DNA of 46,330 bases, from the NCBI GenBank assembly GCA_046542305.1, contig JBKHBQ010000002.1, positions 1-46,330 of the forward strand, given 5' to 3'. Positions 7,799-16,132 of this stretch are shown here, in pieces. This DNA comes from Bacteroidales bacterium. GTDB taxonomy: Bacteria; Bacteroidota; Bacteroidia; Bacteroidales; 4484-276. Made by a program: the position numbers and the translations under genes. Each line of letters opens with the position of its first letter. The stretch's first letter is position 1. The notes below the pieces were generated by a model that saw only the letters and a list, made by a program, of their open reading frames with translations, did not search any database and was not told the DNA's origin.

Positions 7799-10700
7799 AA
7801 TTCCGTTTCGGGAAAAATGCCTTGATCTGTTTGAGCAGCTCGGCTTTTCTGATGGGCTTACTCAGGTAGGCATCGCATCCTGCCTCGAAGGCTTTATGCT
7901 TTTCCTCGGGCTGGGTGTAGGCCGATTGGGCAATTACGGGCACCAGTGGAAATTTTTGCTTGATCAGCCGTGTGGCTTCAAGTCCATCCATCACCGGCAT
8001 TTTAATATCCATCAGCACCAGGTTAAAATTTTGATTTTCCATTAAACTTACGGCTTCCTGCCCGTTGGTGGCATAGCCGATTTGGTTTACCACGGGCTTC
8101 AACAACTCTTCGAGATACTGGTAATTGGTGATTTCATCCTCGGCAATCAGCACATTCACTTCATTAAGCAAGCCACCGGAAGGTTCAAAAAGTTTGGGGG
8201 CTGTAGCAATATTTCCGGCATGTGTAAGCCTGATGCTGAAGTAAAACACCGACCCTTGTTCAGGCTCCGACTCCACCCAGATTTCGCCGCCGAGCAGCGA
8301 CACCAGGCTCCTGGCAATGCTAAGCCCGAGGCCGGTACCGCGAATGATGCTCTGCTGCGCACGTTCGCCGCGGTAAAAGCGGTTGAATATGAACGGCAGT
8401 TCTTTCTGCGTAATTCCCATGCCCGTATCCTTTACGTAAAAAATCAGCTTCGGGCCCTGGGTAGTACACCCGAATTCAATAGTGCCTTCAGCGGTGTATT
8501 TTATGGCATTCGAAAGCAATCCGCTCATTACCTGATGGATTTTATCGCGGTCGGCTTCAATTTTCAATTCTTCCAGCTCGGCAGGTACCGTGCAGGAAAT
8601 CTGCACGCTGTCCTTCGATTTACGCTGGCTGAAATTGGCATAAAGGCCGTCGAACAGCTCGCGCAGCTCGAAAGGCTGCACGTCGAGCGGAATTTTTTCC
8701 GATTCCAGGCGCGACATTGCCAGCACATCGTCGATGATTTTAAGCAGATGATCGGCGTTCAGGTTGATGGTAGCTATATATTTTGACATCGTTTCGGCGG
8801 GAAGCTCTTCATTGAGCAGATCGGTAAAGCCCACGATGGCATTCATGGGCGTACGGATTTCATGATTAAGGTTTGCCAGGAATGCCGATTTCAGCCTGTC
8901 GCTTTCTTCTGCATGTTCCTTGGCAGCCATCAATTCCGTTTCGGTGTGCTTGCGCTGAGTGATATCCACCAGCGCACCTTCTATGTATTCTTTGTCGCGG
9001 TTCAATCTGGCTGAAAAGATGATCCAGAAATGAGTCCCGTCACGCCGGATCAATTCCGCCTCGAAATTATTTACCTCACCCTGGTGCAATAAAATGCTGA
9101 TCAGACGATTTCTTACCGCCGGATCAACATAGCTGTCCGCTGCCATAAAGTCCGCCTTGCAATCTTCAACAGTATCATAACCGGCAAGCTGCGCATAGGT
9201 TCTGTTTATTTCCAGGGGCAGGCCGTCCACAAGCGTAGTACGGAAAATTCCAACCTGGGCATTGTTAAAAAGATTTCTGTATTTGGCCTCGCTCTCCTTT
9301 AACGCCTTCAGGGCTTTTTCCCTTTCGCTTTCGGCATGCAGGAGTTCGGTGATATCCTGCAAGGTACCCGAAAGCTTCTGTTCATCTTTATCTGGCCCCG
9401 ACTCACGTTCAATACGGATAATTAAATATCTCACTCCATTTTCAGGATGAAAAAAGCGAAGATCCATAATCACATCCTGTGCATTGTCTTCAGAGGGGTT
9501 CAAAGCTTTTTGCAAAATTTCCCTGTCCTCATCACGCACCCTGTTCATAAAATCTTTCAGCGAAGGCACACCGGATTCCGGATTGAACCCGGTAAGCACA
9601 AACATCTCATCCGACCAGGTGGCTTTGTGCCTGTTCGGCAAAAACTCCCAGCTTCCCAGCTGCGCAATCTTCTGCGCCTTGATGAGTTTGGCTTCATTGT
9701 CTTCTATCCTTCTCCTTACCATCCGCTCGTAGGTCTGATCCCTGAACACCAGCACCACACCCTGCACCTCACCGGATTCATCCCGGATGGGAGCACCGCT
9801 GTCAGCAATGGGAATTTCATCGCCCTGACGGCGGATAAGAAGCGTATGATTGGCCAGCCCTACCACCTTTCCGCTTTCCAGCACCCGCGAAACAGGGTTT
9901 TCTACCGGCTGGCGCGAATACTCGTTGATAATGTGAAAAACTTCGCTTAACGAATGGCCCGCCGCTTCGGCTTCCTTCCAGCCCGTCAGGTTTTCGGCTA
10001 CAGGATTCATTCGCTGCACGCGTCCTTCAACATCCGTAGTAATCACTGCATCGCCAATGCTGTAGAGGGTGGTCCGGAAACTCTCCTGCGACTCCCATAG
10101 TTCCTTTTCCTTGCGAAACAGCCGCCTGAATATATTTCGCTGCTGATAATGATAATACCAGATCAGAGTAGCTCCGGTAAACAGAATCATCATCAGAATA
10201 AACAGCAAAATGGCCATTCCAATAAAATACATTTCACTGAAAATTTCCCGCTTGTCCACTTTGGCAATCATATACCACGGGGTACCAGGCACTTTTTGCA
10301 CACTCGAAAGCACTTCCGTCCCGCGATAATCCACACCTTCGAAAATCCCTTCATATCCCAGCAGGGCCTGAACGGCAGGCACCTCCAGTTCATCCATCGA
10401 AATCCGTGTATTCATGGCAGGATTATCCCAATGGCGAAGATTATTCAGGAAAAGCACACTATCTCCGTCCTGTCTTAAAATCAACGTTTCGGAGGTTTTG
10501 CTGGAGGTAGGCCATGCCTGAATAAGCGGGAAGAGATACGTGGAAGGATCTACACGGAAAACAACTGCCAGTTGTCCTCCATAGCTTTTATCCTTTAGCG
10601 GCGCCACGATATCCAAATGAATATTATCATGTGAGGGGCAGAAATAAAAATCGGAGAAATAAATGGTGTCGGCTGAATGGGCTGAGTCGATGAAGGCACG

Positions 10701-11195
10701 GGTTTGGCTGTGCAGTAAAATCTGATCGGGATTCAGGCTGAACAAAACGCGGTGGTTTCCCTGCACCACGAATATATTTTCGTAGGTATGGCTGCGGCCC
10801 GTTGTTCCAAGCCTCGACGTGAAATACGTATTTGCAGCCAACGTATCTTTTCGGCTTGCCAGCGTCACTGCATGACGGATGAAGTTTTCGTTGGATGAAA
10901 AAAATATGGCTTCTGCATACCGCTCCTTTCGCCATTGCAGGATCTGATCGATCTTTAACCCGCTGATTACCCGCAGATCATGATACTTCTCTTCTCTCAC
11001 CGATTCAACCTCATACCGGAAATAAAAATATCCGCTGAAAATCATTAACAAAGCAATGGCAGAAAAACTGAAGTATAGCCTTCGCTTGCTGAAAACAAAT
11101 TCTCTTTGCTGGCCCATTATGATCATTTCTAAATGTAAGGATAGTAAAAGTACAATTATTATCCTGTTTTCATAAGGATATGCAAAATAATTCAT
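7797..11195 (-). CDS. Hybrid sensor histidine kinase/response regulator with a periplasmic sensor domain and three PAS domains
   Basis: Two TM helices bracket a periplasmic domain of about 270 aa. Three PAS modules follow, then HisKA (SAFLANLNHEIRTPMN), HATPase_c (GTGLGLSIARSLV) and a C-terminal REC domain (LIAEDE...LMDIKMP...SKP). The true start may be the internal MIIMGQQ (11126 or 11117). Confidence 0.9.
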   Translation of the reverse strand: MNYFAYPYENRIIIVLLLSLHLEMIIMGQQREFVFSKRRLYFSFSAIALLMIFSGYFYFRYEVESVREEKYHDLRVISGLKIDQILQWRKERYAEAIFFSSNENFIRHAVTLASRKDTLAANTYFTSRLGTTGRSHTYENIFVVQGNHRVLFSLNPDQILLHSQTRAFIDSAHSADTIYFSDFYFCPSHDNIHLDIVAPLKDKSYGGQLAVVFRVDPSTYLFPLIQAWPTSSKTSETLILRQDGDSVLFLNNLRHWDNPAMNTRISMDELEVPAVQALLGYEGIFEGVDYRGTEVLSSVQKVPGTPWYMIAKVDKREIFSEMYFIGMAILLFILMMILFTGATLIWYYHYQQRNIFRRLFRKEKELWESQESFRTTLYSIGDAVITTDVEGRVQRMNPVAENLTGWKEAEAAGHSLSEVFHIINEYSRQPVENPVSRVLESGKVVGLANHTLLIRRQGDEIPIADSGAPIRDESGEVQGVVLVFRDQTYERMVRRRIEDNEAKLIKAQKIAQLGSWEFLPNRHKATWSDEMFVLTGFNPESGVPSLKDFMNRVRDEDREILQKALNPSEDNAQDVIMDLRFFHPENGVRYLIIRIERESGPDKDEQKLSGTLQDITELLHAESEREKALKALKESEAKYRNLFNNAQVGIFRTTLVDGLPLEINRTYAQLAGYDTVEDCKADFMAADSYVDPAVRNRLISILLHQGEVNNFEAELIRRDGTHFWIIFSARLNRDKEYIEGALVDITQRKHTETELMAAKEHAEESDRLKSAFLANLNHEIRTPMNAIVGFTDLLNEELPAETMSKYIATINLNADHLLKIIDDVLAMSRLESEKIPLDVQPFELRELFDGLYANFSQRKSKDSVQISCTVPAELEELKIEADRDKIHQVMSGLLSNAIKYTAEGTIEFGCTTQGPKLIFYVKDTGMGITQKELPFIFNRFYRGERAQQSIIRGTGLGLSIARSLVSLLGGEIWVESEPEQGSVFYFSIRLTHAGNIATAPKLFEPSGGLLNEVNVLIAEDEITNYQYLEELLKPVVNQIGYATNGQEAVSLMENQNFNLVLMDIKMPVMDGLEATRLIKQKFPLVPVIAQSAYTQPEEKHKAFEAGCDAYLSKPIRKAELLKQIKAFFPKRN

Positions 11196-11429
11196 ATTAA
11201 TAAATTATAGGTATCACCCCGGAAATAGCATCATCTATGATGTTATACCACACATGTTTCAGACCATAATAAATAACTCACCGGATGTGCATTGAACAGA
11301 TATTTGCACATTTTAAAAATGAACAACGAAAAAAAAGTGGTGCATTTGATAACTTTTTTCAGCTTACATCATCGTTTTTCAATGTTTTTTAGCATATTTG
11401 CGATGGACTTGCAATAACCTGATAATTTT

Positions 11430-12674
11430 ATGGGAGAACACATCTACAATTTGCACGTTGGGGATGAATCCACACGGTCGTTTCGTGCCGACCTGGCGTA
11501 TACTACCAACAAATTGCTCGAGTATTTCAATCAGCAAAAAGCCGCTCAGCGCGTAGAAGATTTCAAAAACTATATCGGACAAAACGATTTGGAGCCGGTA
11601 CGATCGTCGGGGGAGTATATGATCGAATATGTGATGATCGGGTTATTCTGGAGGGATTATTCGGCCTATGCGGCCAATTTGAGCACATCCACACGCATCA
11701 CCTGTAATTTGCTATACAACGCAAGAAGCAGGGCGGGCAGTTTAAAACCGGTCATCGATAAGATCCGCGGCAGAATACACACTGCATTCCTGCTTCGCAA
11801 CGATAACCATCACGAACTGCTGCCCAGCAGGGATAACCTGATCAGGCTGCTCAAATGGCTGGAAGCTTCCAGGGAATTCAACGAAGAAGTCCGGCGGATT
11901 GAAAAATGGGTTTTGTTTCTGAAAGATAAATCTCCGATCTATATCGCCAATTTCATTGGAGGCTGCCTTGAAACAGCTAAACAATTTGAAAAAATATCGG
12001 CTCCGCCCCTGTCCAGATATGCCGGCGGCATTCAGAAATTCCTGACGAAAGCCCCAAAACAGTATCACAACCGCGAGGACATCATTTTCTGTACCCGGCC
12101 GGTAACGCATTACTACTTCAACTGGGTTGCGGCCGAAATCCTCAACCGTGAGCTGAAGGAACAATTCACACAGGCAGCACGCAAAATTGTGTTGCTGCCC
12201 ACATGCATGTCGACACCTGAAAACGAAAGCTGCCAGGCAAAAACCACGGGAAAGGATATACAATGTACCGGTTGCTCCCGTTCGTGCCGCATCAACGTCA
12301 TCAGAAAACAACTCAGGCCACACGGCATCGAAGTAAGGCTGATACCACATTCTTCAGGATTTTCGAAATGGCTCGAACCCTACCGAGATCATACGGATGT
12401 AGGTCTGGTTGGTGTAGCCTGCACGCTGAATCTGCTTAAAGGCGGTTACGAAATGAAGGCGCTGAATATTCCTTCGCAATGTGTGTTTCTGAGTTTCTGC
12501 GGCTGCAAAAAACACTGGCCTGCCATAAATAAACCTACCGATCTGGATCTTACGGATTTGTTCAGCAAACTGGATCTGAAACCCAAAACCATCCCCAACT
12601 GGGAAATCATCCTGAACGAAACGAAAAAAGCCGTGCAGCGTGAAAAACTGCAGATGGTGAGCAGCAATTCCTGA
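11430..12674 (+). CDS. DUF116-like Cys-rich domain protein with an unknown N-terminal domain of about 250 aa
   Basis: The C-terminal ~150 aa (VLLPTCMS..C......C.GCSRSC.I....GVAC....C....CGC) resembles the conserved-cysteine DUF116 family from memory. I do not recognise the N-terminal helical region. Confidence 0.55.
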   Translation: MGEHIYNLHVGDESTRSFRADLAYTTNKLLEYFNQQKAAQRVEDFKNYIGQNDLEPVRSSGEYMIEYVMIGLFWRDYSAYAANLSTSTRITCNLLYNARSRAGSLKPVIDKIRGRIHTAFLLRNDNHHELLPSRDNLIRLLKWLEASREFNEEVRRIEKWVLFLKDKSPIYIANFIGGCLETAKQFEKISAPPLSRYAGGIQKFLTKAPKQYHNREDIIFCTRPVTHYYFNWVAAEILNRELKEQFTQAARKIVLLPTCMSTPENESCQAKTTGKDIQCTGCSRSCRINVIRKQLRPHGIEVRLIPHSSGFSKWLEPYRDHTDVGLVGVACTLNLLKGGYEMKALNIPSQCVFLSFCGCKKHWPAINKPTDLDLTDLFSKLDLKPKTIPNWEIILNETKKAVQREKLQMVSSNS

Positions 12675-12676
12675 GA

Positions 12677-13930
12677 TCAGACAGAATCCGTGAGGGCTTT
12701 CTCGCCCTGCTGCAGCGCAGCCCTGACCCTCTTGTATCTTTGCCAGTTGAATTTCCTGAGAAAGTTTGCCGCCGATCGGGCGCCGCGGACAAAAAGATCA
12801 ACTTTGGCTTCGGGCGTGAGCGCGAAGTTGAGCCAATTATGCTGTCCGATATCGATTTTTTCGAGCAGAAGTTTGTAATCGGGATTCCGAAGGATAAAAT
12901 CATAATCGTGCAGGTGGCGGATGGAGTTGAACATGGCCCCAAACAGGTTTCCGGGACCGGTGATGCGATTGGCGCTGTCGCGGTCCACGCCCAGCCTGAC
13001 GCCAAAGGTGGGGCAACGCGGCACCACGCTCTTTTTATGAAACACATCCATCGGGAAGTTCGACATCAGTCCGCCATCCACAAAATACACCGTAGCGGGT
13101 GGCTTTCCGTTGTAGCCGGCCAGGTTCTTCCAGTTTTCGAGCGCCTGCGCACCCGAGGGCATGTCGTCGATCCGCAGCGGATGAAAAAAATACGGCACCG
13201 ACATGGATGCCCTTACAAAAACTGCGGGATTAATATTCTGTGGATCGGCCCAGTAGAGCGGCGCCATGCGTGGAAATTCCACCTTGGTTTCGGTGGTGAG
13301 GTCGGCACCGATCACGGCAAAGCGCGGGACAAGTCCTTCCAGGTCGCGGTCAACCCCGGGCCGTATCTGTGAGGTTTCAGGCATTTGCCCGAAGCTCTTT
13401 TCCAGATCGGTCACGGTGTTGATGCCATTTTCGGCCAGCACTTCCGAGAGCCATTCCATGAAATTGTCGCCGGGATTCAGGCCCAGGTCGTCGCGCAGGT
13501 TGTCGATCACCTGCACGCCCTTCCACACCATTTTCATCATTCCGGCCTTTTTTATGATGGCTTCCACGAAATCCTGTGCATCGCCATCGCCATCAACAAA
13601 TTCCATCAGGTTTTTATTGGCCAGGATCTCCACCAGCCGTTCCGCTTTTGGCTGCGAAACGTCGCCCAGCCCCGCCAGCAGCAGCGCGTTGATCGAACCT
13701 GCAGAAGTGCCCGCAAGACTGAAAAAACGCAGCCCCATTTGTTCCAGCACATAATTGTAGCCGATCAGCGCCACGCCAAGCACGCCGCCGCCTTCCATCA
13801 CCAGTTCCACGTACTGGTTGCCGGCCTCATCCAGTACATCGGAATATTCCTTTTGGTGGATGCCTTCTGCCCGCAGTTCATCAATGAGATGAAACACATC
13901 GGGGTGTTGGGTAAAATCAGTGATTTTCAT
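12677..13930 (-). CDS. Patatin-like phospholipase
   Basis: 417 aa with the oxyanion motif GGGVLG, the nucleophile elbow GTSAGS (GxSxG) and a catalytic Asp in VDGGL. Confidence 0.9.
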   Translation of the reverse strand: MKITDFTQHPDVFHLIDELRAEGIHQKEYSDVLDEAGNQYVELVMEGGGVLGVALIGYNYVLEQMGLRFFSLAGTSAGSINALLLAGLGDVSQPKAERLVEILANKNLMEFVDGDGDAQDFVEAIIKKAGMMKMVWKGVQVIDNLRDDLGLNPGDNFMEWLSEVLAENGINTVTDLEKSFGQMPETSQIRPGVDRDLEGLVPRFAVIGADLTTETKVEFPRMAPLYWADPQNINPAVFVRASMSVPYFFHPLRIDDMPSGAQALENWKNLAGYNGKPPATVYFVDGGLMSNFPMDVFHKKSVVPRCPTFGVRLGVDRDSANRITGPGNLFGAMFNSIRHLHDYDFILRNPDYKLLLEKIDIGQHNWLNFALTPEAKVDLFVRGARSAANFLRKFNWQRYKRVRAALQQGEKALTDSV

Positions 13931-13984
13931 TATGCTTGAGATTGGTATGAAGGAAGAAACAAAGTTTGCGGTGGATTTGTTGCA

Positions 13985-14041
13985 GGGGGAGAATTAGAGC
14001 TGATGATTTTCGATCGTCCGCCAGTCCACGGATATCGAAAC
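13985..14041 (+). repeat. Diverged partial copy (A) of an intergenic hairpin repeat
   Basis: It shares gggggagaa...gatgaTTTTCGATCGTCC-N10-GGATATCGAAAc with elements B and C and retains the hairpin arms. Confidence 0.55.
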
Positions 14042-14054
14042 ATAGAAATTAAGT

Positions 14055-15868
14055 TCAAAAAAAATATACCTATATTTATGGTCGAATTTTTCATCCAATT
14101 CATTTAGCTATGAAAACACTTAAAATATTCCCGCTGCTGATTGCCGGAATCCTGGCCTGCTCAGTTTGCGGTGTGCTGTCAAAAGTTGATGCTCAAACAC
14201 AATTACCTGTTCAAAATCAAAAAGAAATAATTGTTAGCGAGGAGAAAAAAGGAGCAGATAGTTCCAAAGATTTAATCTATGATCCTGCTAACCCAATGTT
14301 TGGATTAAACAGTTATGTGCCGGCTCACGACACGACTTGGAAAACTGACATGGATTGGTATGGCTCAGGGGATTTTAATGGCGATGGAGAGATTACCTGG
14401 GAAGATTATGATTACAGTGTTTCAGGAGATGACCCCTTTTATGATGGGACTCACAGAGCTGACACTGACTTGGATGGAGTGAGTGGGACTGCTTCTGACA
14501 GACAAATAGTTTATGAATATTTGACTGGAGAGAGAACCCACATAAATCGTTGGGAGCTTGAAAGCGTGGCGGAGAAACAAAGTCATTTAGAGAAGGCATT
14601 AGCGATTGATTTTACAAGTGAAGTTCCTCCTTCTAGCGGGTGGAATTGTGGAGGGTATATGACTCAAACTTTTATTAATTTTGCAGGAATCTATGACATA
14701 GAGAATAGTTCTTATGCAGAACCTAATGGAACAAATTTAGATTTTGATATTGAACACAATGGAATATGGAGAATTCCTATGCGCAATGTTAACACTTACA
14801 CAACAAGTAATGTCAATCACTTTCTCAACGGAGTTTTTATGGGGAGTCCTGAAAATCAAGATGCGACAGAATTTAATTCTTGGACCTTTGTTGAGCCCCA
14901 AACTGATGAAATTGTGGTGCCGGGAGATTTTAGCATTCATCCAGATAAATTTGCTAATATTAGTTGGGTTGGGTATTATTATAATGAATATTTTTATCAA
15001 TGGCTTTACGGAAGTAGAACACTACTTAATTATGACTTGGATGAAGGAAATCCAACTCTGCAATTGGAAAATCCAGACATAATTTACTCATGGAATCCCT
15101 TTGAAGAAGTTGAATATCCTCAAGACAAGAATCATGAGTATCCAGCCGACACTTCATTGGCGACCAATGGTGCGCCAGATAATGTTTATCCGGGGACAAA
15201 ATATAGTTATAATGATGTGTCAAGTCAGACCAGCAATGGAACATGCACGGATGTGACTTATGAGGTGAATAGATCTTTTGAGGGTATTGCAGGAGCATAT
15301 AATAAAGGCAATACAGCTAACGCCGAGCATACTCAAAACATACATGTTCAAGACAATATTCCTCCACAGTACACTTCTTTTCCTAGTGATACTACAATTA
15401 CAATCAATGACCCGATGGACCCGGAACATTTGGGATATCCGCAATGGAGTGATAATTCGCAATTATTTGTAACCCCTCACTATTTTGATGTTTTATTAAC
15501 TGCCACTGATGACCCAATACAGCATTGGGAAAGACACTGGACAGGCGTTGACGTGTGCGACAACATTTCAGCAGATTCTGTGCAGCATATTTACGTGGAT
15601 TTGCTTGAACATCTTGCCGAAAAAGAAAATCCCTTCACGGTTTACCCGAACCCGGCCGGCAGGCATGTCACTGTCGCTGGAAACACCGCACAACAAGCAC
15701 AGCAGGTTTCACTGTTCGATGTGATGGGAAATCTGGTGTCGGAAAGAAATCTGCATGGAGCGACCGGGGTACTGAAACTTGATCTGCAGGGTTTGCCAAA
15801 CGGAATATACCTTCTAAAGATTCATAGCGCCGGTTTATCGCCGGTGGTGAGGGTGGTAAAGATTGACT
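14055..15868 (+). repeat. Large direct repeat, copy 1 (1,814 bp, apparently identical to 16133..17946)
   Basis: The offset is exactly 2,078 nt. All six-frame ORFs in the two copies translate identically, and every line I compared is identical. Identity starts at tcaaaaaaaatatacc and ends at gattgact. Confidence 0.95.
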
Positions 15869-15870
15869 GA
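14110..15870 (+). CDS. Secreted T9SS cargo protein with a dockerin-like Ca-binding pair and an unknown central domain (copy 1)
   Basis: 586 aa with a signal peptide (MKTLKIFPLLIAGILACSVCGVLSKVDAQ). Two EF-hand/dockerin-like loops are present (GDFNGDGEITWEDY and DTDLDGVSGTASDRQIVYEYL). The C-terminal ~80 aa form a Por/T9SS sorting domain (FTVYPNPAGRHVTV...LPNGIYLLKIHS...VVRVVKI). Confidence 0.8.
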   Translation: MKTLKIFPLLIAGILACSVCGVLSKVDAQTQLPVQNQKEIIVSEEKKGADSSKDLIYDPANPMFGLNSYVPAHDTTWKTDMDWYGSGDFNGDGEITWEDYDYSVSGDDPFYDGTHRADTDLDGVSGTASDRQIVYEYLTGERTHINRWELESVAEKQSHLEKALAIDFTSEVPPSSGWNCGGYMTQTFINFAGIYDIENSSYAEPNGTNLDFDIEHNGIWRIPMRNVNTYTTSNVNHFLNGVFMGSPENQDATEFNSWTFVEPQTDEIVVPGDFSIHPDKFANISWVGYYYNEYFYQWLYGSRTLLNYDLDEGNPTLQLENPDIIYSWNPFEEVEYPQDKNHEYPADTSLATNGAPDNVYPGTKYSYNDVSSQTSNGTCTDVTYEVNRSFEGIAGAYNKGNTANAEHTQNIHVQDNIPPQYTSFPSDTTITINDPMDPEHLGYPQWSDNSQLFVTPHYFDVLLTATDDPIQHWERHWTGVDVCDNISADSVQHIYVDLLEHLAEKENPFTVYPNPAGRHVTVAGNTAQQAQQVSLFDVMGNLVSERNLHGATGVLKLDLQGLPNGIYLLKIHSAGLSPVVRVVKID

Positions 15871-15895
15871 TGGATTATTGAATTCTAAGACGATT

Positions 15896-15975
15896 GAAGG
15901 TCCTTTTGCCGTCAGATGCTTCAAGGCCGGGAGAAGTTGATGACTTTCGATCGTCCGCCAGGACATCGAAACGTC
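15896..15975 (+). repeat. 80-nt intergenic hairpin repeat, copy B
   Basis: About 85% identical to 16052..16131 by eye. It contains the hairpin GACTTTCGATCGTCC-gcca-GGACATCGAAACGTC (15942-15975). Confidence 0.65.
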
Positions 15976-16051
15976 AAAACCTATTTCCGAATGGTTCACA
16001 TAAACCTAATCATTTTTGAATCCTTTATTGTTATCCTGATATCTGACGCTC

Positions 16052-16131
16052 GAAGGTCCTCCTTTCGTCGGACGCTTCAAGGTGGGGGAAGCAGATGACT
16101 TTCGATCGTCCCGGCAGGACATCGAAACGAC
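16052..16131 (+). repeat. 80-nt intergenic hairpin repeat, copy C
   Basis: See copy B. It ends 2 nt before the second large repeat copy begins. Confidence 0.65.
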
Positions 16132-16132
16132 A

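Noticed and set aside
12677-13930. The patatin-like lipase as a CBASS (CapV-like) or other defence effector.
   Set aside because: No CD-NTase or cyclase, SMODS, TIR, STING or other sensor gene lies adjacent. The only neighbour is the convergent DUF116-like gene, so there is no support for a defence operon.
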